A stretch of 64,000 bases of DNA from Candidatus Ozemobacteraceae bacterium (lineage in GTDB: Bacteria; Muiribacteriota; Ozemobacteria; Ozemobacterales; Ozemobacteraceae), in assembly GCA_965140445.1 (NCBI GenBank), contig OZ223236.1, forward strand, positions 800,001-864,000, in the 5' to 3' direction. Numbering within the stretch: the stretch's first letter is position 1; the number at the start of each line of letters is the position of its first letter. Below the pieces are notes generated by a model. That model ran no database searches, was not told where the DNA came from, and saw nothing but the letters and a program-made list of their open reading frames with translations. Of the stretch, positions 16,741 through 26,612 are shown one piece after another. A program made the position numbers and the translations under genes.

Positions 16741-19029
16741 ATGTGGCCACACTTAATAAATAAAAAGGGAAACATTACGATTATTCTTCTCGGAATAATC
16801 AGCGTTATGCTCATCTCTGTAATTGCTTTGTCAAAGCGAATGAGAGGGCATACGCAATTGCTTACTTTGAGTGATTATACCCAGATAACAAGATATTTTC
16901 TCGAATCTTATTCCGGGGATGTTCTGCGCCAATTAAACATGGGAGCAAATAACCCTGATTCTGAAATGTTTAAGCTTTTTCGAGAAGCAAAATCCGGTAA
17001 AAAGATTAACAATAGCTTTTATAAGTCAACTGCAATGCTGGAGGACCTGGCTGCAGAGCTTAAGGTTGAAATCCTTCCAATAGAGGTTAAATTTTCCAAA
17101 GTTGAAGAGATCGGGTATCCCGAAGCATTTTATTGTCCAAATGATCTGAAAGGTGCTGAAAAGAGAGGGATTCTTGAAATCCAATGTAAAGCAAAATTCC
17201 GAGGTAGAAATTATAACCTTGAGGTCCAGTATCCTTTTACTGTGGTAATGAGAATGGTTCCAGTTTTAAAGGATTTTATGCTTTACGCTGATAAGGCTGC
17301 AAATGAACAGGGTGATAAGAAAATTGGAACCAGAGATCTTCTGAACGTTATGTATACAGAGGATGGTAGCCATCCAGAAAAAATTGATAAATCCGTCACG
17401 AAAGTTATGCCAGATAGAATGGATAACAATGTTAAATATCGTCCATGGGTGCTTATGGCTCCACCAGATCCCGTTGAGTTTAATGACAAAGCACTATCAG
17501 GAAAAGTTTATCTGGGACCATCCAGAGAATCTATTTTTCTAAATCTGACTGGAGATAATAATCCAGGTGAAAGATTTAGTCTTGGTGAGCTGTTCCTGGT
17601 TTCTCCAAGTTCTTTTAATGTGGCTGCTAAAGATCCTTCTCTTGTACAGATTCAAGGATTTCCCAGAAAAGATGGAACCTATGTAAATATGGTTGGAATG
17701 GAAGTTCCTCTGCAGAATAATCATAGTGCCAACATGGGAGTCATGGGATTTTCTAAGGAAATGATTCCCGAGTTTGGAATTTTTGCGAATTCTAACTATT
17801 CAATTGAAGACTTCCTTGGAAAAACTTCAGACAATACCGGATTCTGGAAAGTTCTTCATGACGAAGGGCTAGGTTTTGCTGCTTTTGCAAGTGGAATTAA
17901 GTTAATGGGAATTAAAGTTCCTAAGCGCGGCCCACCAGCCAGAGAAGTTTTTGGGAATATTTTTTCCCGATTCTTTATTATTACTTTCTGGCACTATCCC
18001 TCTGCCGCTGGCGGCAAAGGCTATTTAACCTATGATGAAAATCGTGATGATAAGGATTTTCCAGAAGGTGATACTTATAGTGGAATGATCAAGAAGCATT
18101 TCAGACCTCTAGACCCGAATGCAAATTATAAGGATTTTATGTCCAGGATGGTTTCTGGTAAAAAGTGGAGCCCGGGAACAACCATTCCTTATGGTTTCCT
18201 GCCATATAATTTTGATTGGAATGTAAGTGCTGAAAACAAGCCTCGAAGGTTGTTTGAAAGAAAGGACTTCGTAGCGAACGATGGCTTTAAAGTCAATGAT
18301 GCTCTGGACAAGCTTGGGGATGCCTGGTTTGGTGTAAACGAACATTCATCGACGTTGGGCATTAAGTCTAAAGGGGTTGAACCAAGAATTGGCCGAAGTT
18401 TTTCTTCTGGTAAAGAGTTCATTGATGCTTCAGGCTATAAAAATGGATTTTTCAATGTAAATGGAGTTGTCTACGTTGGAGGGAATCTTACTTTAGATGA
18501 TTTAGACATGACCAATGACAAAATTAAAGGTGGGATTATTCTGGTTGATGGAACTATTACGCTGAAAAACATCACCCGCGGATACAATATTGATAATAGT
18601 CGTCTAAAATATGAAGAATATGATCAAATTGAAAAGTATTACTCTCAATTTAAAAAAGAAATTACCCAGGACAATTTTTTGACATTCGTCAGTTTAAAAG
18701 GCTATCCAATAAACGTTGAAGGAGAAACCCTTATTGGTGTTCATTTGATCAACCTTAATGACGACCAGGGTAGGCCTTATTCTCAAATCCGCTGGAAAAG
18801 TCGCAAAAAGAAAGAAATTTTATTCTGCGGTGGAATTTCGTGTAATTACTTGAATTTGCCTCAGACTCTAAGAGATTTCGGGGAGATAAAAAGTCCCGGA
18901 GAAATAATGAAAGCTCCATTCTTTATTTATCACTCTGCAATGGCAGCAGATAAACCTTCCTTTGCTGTTCAGGTAATGGAAGACATGCGCGGTTACAATC
19001 TAACTGCAGAGAAGGCACCTAGAGAATGA
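16741..19029 (+). CDS. Large PilX/GspK-like minor pilin with extended C-terminal region
   Basis: KKG|NITIILLGIISVMLISVIAL prepilin-like leader lacking Glu5, as in the PilX/GspK class. Start 16741 preferred over 16720. Confidence 0.6.
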   Translation: MWPHLINKKGNITIILLGIISVMLISVIALSKRMRGHTQLLTLSDYTQITRYFLESYSGDVLRQLNMGANNPDSEMFKLFREAKSGKKINNSFYKSTAMLEDLAAELKVEILPIEVKFSKVEEIGYPEAFYCPNDLKGAEKRGILEIQCKAKFRGRNYNLEVQYPFTVVMRMVPVLKDFMLYADKAANEQGDKKIGTRDLLNVMYTEDGSHPEKIDKSVTKVMPDRMDNNVKYRPWVLMAPPDPVEFNDKALSGKVYLGPSRESIFLNLTGDNNPGERFSLGELFLVSPSSFNVAAKDPSLVQIQGFPRKDGTYVNMVGMEVPLQNNHSANMGVMGFSKEMIPEFGIFANSNYSIEDFLGKTSDNTGFWKVLHDEGLGFAAFASGIKLMGIKVPKRGPPAREVFGNIFSRFFIITFWHYPSAAGGKGYLTYDENRDDKDFPEGDTYSGMIKKHFRPLDPNANYKDFMSRMVSGKKWSPGTTIPYGFLPYNFDWNVSAENKPRRLFERKDFVANDGFKVNDALDKLGDAWFGVNEHSSTLGIKSKGVEPRIGRSFSSGKEFIDASGYKNGFFNVNGVVYVGGNLTLDDLDMTNDKIKGGIILVDGTITLKNITRGYNIDNSRLKYEEYDQIEKYYSQFKKEITQDNFLTFVSLKGYPINVEGETLIGVHLINLNDDQGRPYSQIRWKSRKKKEILFCGGISCNYLNLPQTLRDFGEIKSPGEIMKAPFFIYHSAMAADKPSFAVQVMEDMRGYNLTAEKAPRE

Positions 19030-19514
19030 AAAGTTTAAGTTACAAAGGTCGCAAAGGGCTTTCCATGATTGAACTCCTGGTTGGGATTACCATTTTTGGC
19101 CTGGCCATGGTTCCTCTTTTAATGATGGGAACCTCTACAACCACAGGAGCATATTCAGTAGGAAAGCACATGATGGCGGGCCAGGTTGCCGCAAGCTTTT
19201 TGGATAAACTCCTTGGATTGTCTTACGATAAATGCCTTGAAAAAGCTCAAGAACTGTCCAAACGTGGCAAAACTAAGGTTTTAAAGGATGACGACCTCAA
19301 AGAAGTATTGACCTCGATTACCGATAAAAGTGTTCACGATGATATGGAAAGGGCATTCAAGTATTTTCTTTACGAGGTTAGTTTCAGTAATGATGATAGT
19401 GAAAAGATTTTAAGGCTTGATGTGGAAGTTTTTTATCGGGTAATTGAAGGTGAGCCCAAAACTGAACAATCTTTAAGACTTTCTGTTTTGAAGTATGGGG
19501 CAAAGAATGGCTAA
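19026..19514 (+). CDS. Prepilin-type minor pilin (PilV/GspI-like)
   Basis: RKG|LSMIELLVGITIFGLAMVPL class III signal with Glu5; ATGA overlap with the upstream gene. Confidence 0.85.
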   Translation: MKSLSYKGRKGLSMIELLVGITIFGLAMVPLLMMGTSTTTGAYSVGKHMMAGQVAASFLDKLLGLSYDKCLEKAQELSKRGKTKVLKDDDLKEVLTSITDKSVHDDMERAFKYFLYEVSFSNDDSEKILRLDVEVFYRVIEGEPKTEQSLRLSVLKYGAKNG

Positions 19515-20085
19515 TTTGTTAAAACCAATAAGGAAAAAGGGGGTAACCCTGTTTGAAATTGTGGTTGTTGCTGCTATTTCCAGTATGGTTTTAACCATGG
19601 CAGTGGTAATAATGAGCCGAACTACAAGGTCTTTTAAAAGAGGAACGGATTTATTAAATATCCAGCGATTGATGGATAACATTGTGGAAAGAATCAGAAC
19701 GGATGTTCGTTCTCTTAAGAAAATGATTCCTGAAGAATGTGACGAAAAATCCTTCGCCTTTATGGCTATCAAAGATGGTGGAGAGAAAAAAATAAAGTAT
19801 CAGTATGACGATGAGTCAAAGACTCTATATAGATACGAAGGGACCAGCAGGAAATCAAATTTCCATGGAGCAAAACAGGTACAGTCCTTCGTTTTTAAAC
19901 CAGAAGTGGATGCCTTTAAGAAGTTTAGACTGTTAAATGTGGTGATGCAGTTAAAATCAGACGAGAAGGGGCGAGGTAAAGCATCTACGTTGTCTATTGT
20001 GTGTCAATTTTACTCAACTTGTGTTGAAGCAGAGTTGAGAATTAGTGAATTAAGAAAGAAAATTGAAGCGGCGAAGAAAAAGTAA
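19507..20085 (+). CDS. Prepilin-type minor pilin (PilW/GspJ-like)
   Basis: KKG|VTLFEIVVVAAISSMVL; ERIRTDVRS helix; start 19507 overlaps the upstream stop. Confidence 0.85.
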   Translation: MANLLKPIRKKGVTLFEIVVVAAISSMVLTMAVVIMSRTTRSFKRGTDLLNIQRLMDNIVERIRTDVRSLKKMIPEECDEKSFAFMAIKDGGEKKIKYQYDDESKTLYRYEGTSRKSNFHGAKQVQSFVFKPEVDAFKKFRLLNVVMQLKSDEKGRGKASTLSIVCQFYSTCVEAELRISELRKKIEAAKKK

Positions 20086-20097
20086 CCGGAGGTAAAA

Positions 20098-21156
20098 ATG
20101 AGGAAGTTATGTAGTTTTTTGGTCACGGCAATAATCTTAAGTCCAATCATTGTTTCAGCTGTTACGCCTAAGCAGGCCTTAAAAATGGGTAAAGCCATGC
20201 AGCAAAAGCAAGATTTTGAGGGTGCTTTAAAAATTTATAAAGAATCACTCAAAGAAAAACCTTCGGTAGAAATCTATACAGAAGCTGTTTCCCTACTGGG
20301 GAAACTTCAAAAATACGAAAGTGCAGAAACAGTTTTAAATAAAGCTCTGCAGGATTTTCCTAATAACACATCATTATTAAATCTCCTTGCTTTGATTCAG
20401 TTTAGAAAAGGAGATAAACCAGCAGCTAAATCTACCTGGGAAAAGGTTTTGGTGTTAGATAAGGGTAATAGCTTTGCAAAACAGTGGATTGGCAAATTTG
20501 GTAAAACTGAAGCTGCAGAAGTTACTTCTACTTCACCAGATTCCGGGGAAAAATCAGCAAATGAAGAAGAAAAAACATTTGTAGATGATTATTCCGGATC
20601 AATGACAGGTGCTTATAAGGTATCTCATGAGCTTTCAATTGATGACCAGAAAGTCTTAGCCAAGAATCTTTACACTCAAATGATGTCGCTTGATAAATGG
20701 GAAATAGAAGAATTCATTAGAATGCATCGTAAAGTTATCGAAAAATGCCCAGACACAGATCAAGCAGAAGAGTCCTGCTGGAGGCTTTCCAACCTATATC
20801 TGCTTGCAGTAGATCCGCCTGATTTGCAAGGTGTGATTGATGTTCTGGAACATCTATTGAAAACTTATCCTCAGACTCCTCTCAGACCTGATGCAAAGAA
20901 CAGACTATTAGTAACTTGCCAGAGGGCAGGCCAGTTTGACAAAGTTGTGTCATTATATGAAGAGCTTTTTACTTTAGATCCTGATCCACAGGATGACAAA
21001 ATGTTTATGGTTCGTTGCCTTGAATTTGGAAATGCTCTTATTGCTGTTGGAAGGCGTGATGACGCAGCAAACCTGTTTCGAAAAATTCTTGAAAAAGACG
21101 GCGAGAGAAATTCTCTTGAAGCCAGAGTGGCAAAGAAAAAATTAGCAGAGATGTAA
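20098..21156 (+). CDS. Secreted TPR protein
   Basis: RBS GGAGG; signal peptide; TPR repeats; outer-membrane-assembly-type helices (VLEHLLKTYPQTPLRPDA). Confidence 0.8.
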   Translation: MRKLCSFLVTAIILSPIIVSAVTPKQALKMGKAMQQKQDFEGALKIYKESLKEKPSVEIYTEAVSLLGKLQKYESAETVLNKALQDFPNNTSLLNLLALIQFRKGDKPAAKSTWEKVLVLDKGNSFAKQWIGKFGKTEAAEVTSTSPDSGEKSANEEEKTFVDDYSGSMTGAYKVSHELSIDDQKVLAKNLYTQMMSLDKWEIEEFIRMHRKVIEKCPDTDQAEESCWRLSNLYLLAVDPPDLQGVIDVLEHLLKTYPQTPLRPDAKNRLLVTCQRAGQFDKVVSLYEELFTLDPDPQDDKMFMVRCLEFGNALIAVGRRDDAANLFRKILEKDGERNSLEARVAKKKLAEM

Positions 21157-21257
21157 GAGTGCTGGTACCTTCCGGGATCGCTTAAATTTTGCTATCATTA
21201 AAAATATTCTGACAAAAGTCTGTACACAATTTGAAATAATGATTATGGGGGAGTAGT

Positions 21258-23984
21258 ATGAAATTTTCACCTCGTTATCGGTTTCTGATAATGTTCTTAG
21301 CTATTTGGATGGTTTTCGAGCCTTTTGCGATAACCATGGTGAGAGCTAATGATATTCCAGGGCCCGCACTTAACACTGAAGGCGTTGATGGAATTGTTGC
21401 TATTGACGAAGTAATGACGCCATCGGAATTCGTAGATTACCAGCTTGCTTTACGCGGTAGAACCCAGGAAGAAGCTGAAGCGAAGGCATGGGGCGATTGG
21501 ATGATGTCCATGACTGGCGCTTATATGATGATGGATGACGGCTGCTCGGACGTTTTCTCTTTTTATGCAGCTGTTGAAGCCATGCGCCCCCATATTGGCA
21601 ATACTCCTTTCTATTTTCAGGCTTTGAGTGCCGCGGCTTCCAAGGCAGCGTTGGCATTTGCTTTTGTTGCTAACTCAGCTCCAATTGAATTTGTTGGAAA
21701 AGTGGCCGGGAAAACTGGCAGTGCAGTAAGTAATTCGTTTATTGGAAAAGCAGCAAGCTGGACTGGAAATAAAGTTGCTGGAGCTGCAAGTCGGGCTGGT
21801 TCTAAGGTAGCAAATACAAGGCTTTATCAAAAGGGTGTTGGCTTTATTCAGAGAAAAGCAAATCTGATGAATGGTTTCAAAAGAATGGGAACCATGGCTA
21901 CTAGCGCTCAAAAAGCTTTCAGTGCCAAAAATGTATCAACATTTCTGACTCACATGTCGCCTCCTTGTGGTTATAAAGCCGGGACTGGTGAGGGATTTTA
22001 TTCTTACTGGAGATGGGTTGCTCGAAAAACGAACCTTGAGTCAGTAGGGGTTTACAAGAAATTTGCTAAAAAAGTAGGGATAACTACCAATAAAGGTTCT
22101 GCAGTTATTGGTGATGCCAAAGGGCTTGGTCATACTGTAGGTATCGGACTTTGCGTATTGAGTATTTGTCTTGATTCATATGGCATCTACACATCTGAAG
22201 ACAGAGAAGGCGGTAGATACTTTTCATATTCTCTCGTAAAAAATTATGTTGGGCTTGCTCTTGGCGTTGCGGCATTAGTAGCAATGTTTTGTATCCCAAT
22301 TGTAGGTCAGGTAGCAGCGATTTGTACTCTCGTCTGGGTGGGACTTACTACCATTGGCGATCAGATTGGCAAATATAACGTTAGATGGAAAAATGCTTAT
22401 ACTAACTCCTATCAGTATCTGATTGATAACGATCCTGAATTCAGATCGTTTTACGAAAATAGAGCCAGCCTTGATGATGAAGAAAAGTCAGCTTCATTAC
22501 TTGTGGCAGAGCAAAGATTTGGAGCGTTTTTAACTGGTGAAGATCAGACTCCTGCAAACGAAGAAGATCAAAAAGTTTATGATAAAAACTTGAAGGTTTT
22601 CGCTCAGCTTGAGAAAAACGGTATTCTTGCCAGTTACTATGCTCAAAAAGGTTTTACTCTTCCTGATTTCAGTATGCCAAGACTTCAAGAACTCTGGCAA
22701 ATGAAAGCTGATTATATGTCCTGGAAACCAACGGATGCAGAAAAAGAAAAAGCAGCCAATAGAGGTTTCTGGGGAAAAGTTGGCCATTATGTTAACCCAA
22801 TGACTTATGTCAGCTGGGCAGGGGACAAAATTCAGTCCAAAGACATGAAGAAAACCATGGAAGAATACAATATACGTAAGGTTTTCTTTAATCCTGATTA
22901 TGTTCTCATGAAAAAATATCAGAATTGGCTTGCTGCAAACAAATTTAAAGGCGGAATATTTGATATCGTAGGTTTGAGAATGGAACAATCTCCATTCAAC
23001 TATATTCCTCTGGTTGGAATTGAAACTAATTTGTGGTCTGAAGAACTTCTAGGAGAAGCTTTTAACGCAGATGCCTTTATGATTGGTGTTAAAGAAATGG
23101 TCTACTTTAAAGAACAGGTGAGAATGGCCAATGAAGCACTTGAAAACACCATCAAGGATTCAGATCGCTTTGTTGAAGTTACCAGAGAAGAACATCTGGG
23201 GCATGCTCAGAAAGTCAGAAAAGCACTTGATAGACTTGTTGATTGTTTCAAAATTGACGCCGACCGAGAACACAAAGATCTCATGAAAGATTGTAAGAAA
23301 GCTTTTGGATGGAGATGGAACGATGATAATGGAAAACCTACTCCAAGAAAAATAATTCAAATTTACCAGACTGATATTGAACAATCTTTAATGTATGATC
23401 CGCTTTCAATTGCACAGAAAGCCGCTGATGTAATGCTTATGGTTGCAACAATCAAGAAGAATCTTGATACGGCAAAGATCATGAAAGAAACTGGCGAAGA
23501 AAAGCGTCAGATTCTGGCTGACTTCAAAAATGAATTTACTAATTATGACATTGCAAAGTATCTGAAAGAAGGAACTTTCCTCGATGTAAAAGGTAGTACT
23601 TTCATGGATTGGTTGAGTGATATTTATCCTGCTTATGAGGAAATGGAACTCAACACAAATCTTTATATGAATGAAGTTGAAAAGTTTACTGGAACTGCAG
23701 ATGAAGCTAACTCAAGCACAAGAGATCGTTTCCTTTGGTTTGATAAAGAAAATGTTCATCCAAAAGAACTTCTTGTTGAACTAAATAACGAGCTTGATGC
23801 TTTCAAAGAAATTTCTGAAAAATTTGAAGAAATCAAAGATGATGTTGGACTAAACATGCCTTTGACTCAATCTGAGAATTCAGAATTTTATGCCAATGTT
23901 TATAGACCAAATGGTTATACAATTAACTATAATCTTGAGGCTTTAGATCTGGATTCAGGAATCTATCCTGATGCAGATGAATAA
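21258..23984 (+). CDS. Secreted hypothetical protein with internal hydrophobic hairpin (paralogue A)
   Basis: RBS GGGGAG; signal peptide ending VRA; Gly/Ala-rich hydrophobic segments (VGIGLCVLSICL; VGLALGVAALVAMFCIPIVGQVAAICTLVWVGL); helical C-terminal half. Confidence 0.8.
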   Translation: MKFSPRYRFLIMFLAIWMVFEPFAITMVRANDIPGPALNTEGVDGIVAIDEVMTPSEFVDYQLALRGRTQEEAEAKAWGDWMMSMTGAYMMMDDGCSDVFSFYAAVEAMRPHIGNTPFYFQALSAAASKAALAFAFVANSAPIEFVGKVAGKTGSAVSNSFIGKAASWTGNKVAGAASRAGSKVANTRLYQKGVGFIQRKANLMNGFKRMGTMATSAQKAFSAKNVSTFLTHMSPPCGYKAGTGEGFYSYWRWVARKTNLESVGVYKKFAKKVGITTNKGSAVIGDAKGLGHTVGIGLCVLSICLDSYGIYTSEDREGGRYFSYSLVKNYVGLALGVAALVAMFCIPIVGQVAAICTLVWVGLTTIGDQIGKYNVRWKNAYTNSYQYLIDNDPEFRSFYENRASLDDEEKSASLLVAEQRFGAFLTGEDQTPANEEDQKVYDKNLKVFAQLEKNGILASYYAQKGFTLPDFSMPRLQELWQMKADYMSWKPTDAEKEKAANRGFWGKVGHYVNPMTYVSWAGDKIQSKDMKKTMEEYNIRKVFFNPDYVLMKKYQNWLAANKFKGGIFDIVGLRMEQSPFNYIPLVGIETNLWSEELLGEAFNADAFMIGVKEMVYFKEQVRMANEALENTIKDSDRFVEVTREEHLGHAQKVRKALDRLVDCFKIDADREHKDLMKDCKKAFGWRWNDDNGKPTPRKIIQIYQTDIEQSLMYDPLSIAQKAADVMLMVATIKKNLDTAKIMKETGEEKRQILADFKNEFTNYDIAKYLKEGTFLDVKGSTFMDWLSDIYPAYEEMELNTNLYMNEVEKFTGTADEANSSTRDRFLWFDKENVHPKELLVELNNELDAFKEISEKFEEIKDDVGLNMPLTQSENSEFYANVYRPNGYTINYNLEALDLDSGIYPDADE

Positions 23985-23996
23985 GTAAGAGTCTTT

Positions 23997-24037
23997 AAAA
24001 GAGAGAGAAGAGCCATGGCTCTTCTCTCTCTTTTTTT
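23997..24037 (+). terminator. Perfect 38-bp palindrome acting as probable intrinsic terminator
   Basis: AAAAGAGAGAGAAGAGCCA|TGGCTCTTCTCTCTCTTTT followed by further Ts. Confidence 0.75.
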
Positions 24038-24093
24038 ATGGCGGGAGTAGTCGTTTTTAATTACAATTAAAAAAAGTCCCACATGGTGAGCAT

Positions 24094-26607
24094 ATGAAAT
24101 TTTCAAAAAATAGTAAAAGGCTATTATCGCTTTTGATTTCTGTTTTATTTCTTCTAGAACCGGTTTTTATCCCGGTAATTCGCGCAGGTGATCTGCCTGT
24201 TCCTCCTATTAACACACAGGGAGTAGATGGAATTGTAAGCTTGGAAGAAATTGTTGCGCCCGCAGATTATCTCGATTATATGCTCACTTTACGCGGTCGA
24301 ACAAAAGAAGAAGCAGAGGCGCGCGCATGGGGAGAGTGGATGATGACTCTTTCATCTGCTTATATGCAAATGGACGATGGAGCCAGCGATGTTTTCAGCT
24401 TCTATACTGCGTTAAGTTTGTTTAAAGATAACAGAACAGCTTTTAAAGACATGGTAGATACCATGAAATTTGTTTCAAAACAGGCTACACTTCTTTTTGC
24501 ATTTATAGGCAAAACCAATGTGGCGGCCAGATCAGGGAATCTTATTGAAGGATTTGTAAAGATGTCCCGCCTGTCGCAAAAGGCTCAGAATTTTATAAAA
24601 AACAATAAAGTATTAAACTTCATGGAGTTCATGGCACCTCCACCATGCTGGAATAATCCGAAAGTTGCCGGAGAAGGTTTTAAATCCTATTGGCGATGGT
24701 TTCGAAAAAAAACAGTTAGTCCTACCGGCAAGGGACTTGGACCTGGAAAATATATTTCTGATTCTAAAGGAATAGCCCAAAGTATTGGTATCGGGCTGGT
24801 TATATTTGGACTGGCAGTTGATTCATACGGTATTCTTACTTCTGAAGACAGAATGGGAGAGCGATATTTTTCATACTCACTGGTAAAGAATTATGTTGGT
24901 CTTCTCCTGGGTCTTGGGTCGCTGATTGCAATGTTTTGTGTCCCAATAGTTGGCCAGGTTGTAATGATTGCCACGGGTATATGGCTCTTTGCCATTGGGG
25001 TAGGGGATCTGGTTGGTAGCTATAATAGGCGATGGAAAGAAGCTTACAAAAATTCATATTTTTACTTATATGAGAATGATCCGGAGTTTAAATCATTTTA
25101 TGATAATCGTGATTCATTAGATGATGAAGAAAGAGCGGCTTCTTTATTAATTGTTTTGCAAAAGTTTGGCTCTTTTATGGCTGAGGAGGCTGTTGGATCT
25201 TCAGAACAAGACCAGGAGATTGCCAAAAAAAATAAACGTGTTTTTGAAGAATTGGAAAAACAAGGGGTTCTGGCTAGTTATTACAGCCAGAAAGGTTTTA
25301 ATTTGCCAGACTTTAGCAATGAGCGTTTAAAAGCACTTTGGCAAATGAAGGCTGATTATATGTCATGGAAACCTTCTGAAGCAGAGGCTAAAAGCGAAAA
25401 GAGTGCAGGTTTCTGGGGAAAAGTTGGAAAATACATTAATCCTATGACCTACATTGGGTGGGTTGGAGATAAAATTCAGTCCAAAGATTATGAAAACGAA
25501 ATGAAGGAATATAATCTTAAAAAGGTCTTTTTTAACCCAGACTATGTCCTTGCCAAAAAATACCAAAACTATGTTGCAGCTAATAAGCTTAGAGGTGGCA
25601 TTTATGATGTTGTCGGCTTACGAATAGAGCAGGCACCTTTTAATTATATTCCGCTGGTTGATATAGAGGCAGGCAAGTGGAATAAAAAGCTTCTGGAAGA
25701 ATCCTTTGCCGCTGACAGTTTTTTTATTGGCGTAAAGGAAATGTTGTATTTTAAAGAGCAAATTAAAGCAGCAAAAGAAAAAACAGAAGCATTTGTAGAA
25801 GAAATGGATGAGACCATTAAGAAAGTTGATTCAACGGATCTACCACATACAGCAAAGATTCGCAGATTCCTTGATTTATTGGCAGAGTCATACAAAAGTG
25901 ATCCCGGGCGTAAGAATGATACGCTTGTTAAGGAAGGCCGCAAGGCGTTTGGTTGGCGCTGGAATGATGACAATGGAGACGCAACGCCAGAAAAAATAAT
26001 TAGAATCTATAGGTCGGATATTGAGCAGGCATTGCTTTATGAACCGCTTTCTATAGCTCAAAAAGCAGCTGAAACAGTGCTTTTACTTTCAAATATGAAG
26101 CAGCAGATGGATACTGCAAAAATGATGAGATCTCTCGGCCAGGAAAAACGAGAAGCATTGGCAGAGTTTTCCCAGAATATTACAAACGAAGCTTTTGTCA
26201 GATACATTAAAGAAGGCGATTTTCTCGGCGTAGAGTGGGGATTGATGGATTGGTTAGGGCAACAGTACCCTGCTTATGATGAAATGGAGAAAAGCGTAAA
26301 CCTCTATTTTAGAGAAGTTGAAGATTATACAGGAGCGGTAGACGAGGCTAATTCGCTAAGTCGGGAAAGGTTTTTATGGTTCGACAAAGAGATTACCCAT
26401 CCTAAAGAGCTTCTAAGAAAGTTGAATAATGAGCTACAAGCGTATTCAGACACCGTTGAAAAATTTGGTGAAGTTGCTGAAAGTATTGATCTTGAAGTAA
26501 AACTTTACGAAGATCAGGACTTTGCCAATAAGGTTTTTACTGAGTTTAAGCTTGGATATGATCTTGAGGCGATAGATCTTGATCAGCCTGTTCAGCAGAA
26601 TAACTAA
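24094..26607 (+). CDS. Secreted hypothetical protein with internal hydrophobic hairpin (paralogue B)
   Basis: Colinear with 21258-23984 (shared GVDGIV, RYFSYSLVKNYVGL, LWQMKADYMSWKP, KAFGWRWNDDNG, RFLWFDKE). Confidence 0.8.
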   Translation: MKFSKNSKRLLSLLISVLFLLEPVFIPVIRAGDLPVPPINTQGVDGIVSLEEIVAPADYLDYMLTLRGRTKEEAEARAWGEWMMTLSSAYMQMDDGASDVFSFYTALSLFKDNRTAFKDMVDTMKFVSKQATLLFAFIGKTNVAARSGNLIEGFVKMSRLSQKAQNFIKNNKVLNFMEFMAPPPCWNNPKVAGEGFKSYWRWFRKKTVSPTGKGLGPGKYISDSKGIAQSIGIGLVIFGLAVDSYGILTSEDRMGERYFSYSLVKNYVGLLLGLGSLIAMFCVPIVGQVVMIATGIWLFAIGVGDLVGSYNRRWKEAYKNSYFYLYENDPEFKSFYDNRDSLDDEERAASLLIVLQKFGSFMAEEAVGSSEQDQEIAKKNKRVFEELEKQGVLASYYSQKGFNLPDFSNERLKALWQMKADYMSWKPSEAEAKSEKSAGFWGKVGKYINPMTYIGWVGDKIQSKDYENEMKEYNLKKVFFNPDYVLAKKYQNYVAANKLRGGIYDVVGLRIEQAPFNYIPLVDIEAGKWNKKLLEESFAADSFFIGVKEMLYFKEQIKAAKEKTEAFVEEMDETIKKVDSTDLPHTAKIRRFLDLLAESYKSDPGRKNDTLVKEGRKAFGWRWNDDNGDATPEKIIRIYRSDIEQALLYEPLSIAQKAAETVLLLSNMKQQMDTAKMMRSLGQEKREALAEFSQNITNEAFVRYIKEGDFLGVEWGLMDWLGQQYPAYDEMEKSVNLYFREVEDYTGAVDEANSLSRERFLWFDKEITHPKELLRKLNNELQAYSDTVEKFGEVAESIDLEVKLYEDQDFANKVFTEFKLGYDLEAIDLDQPVQQNN

Positions 26608-26612
26608 TCCAA

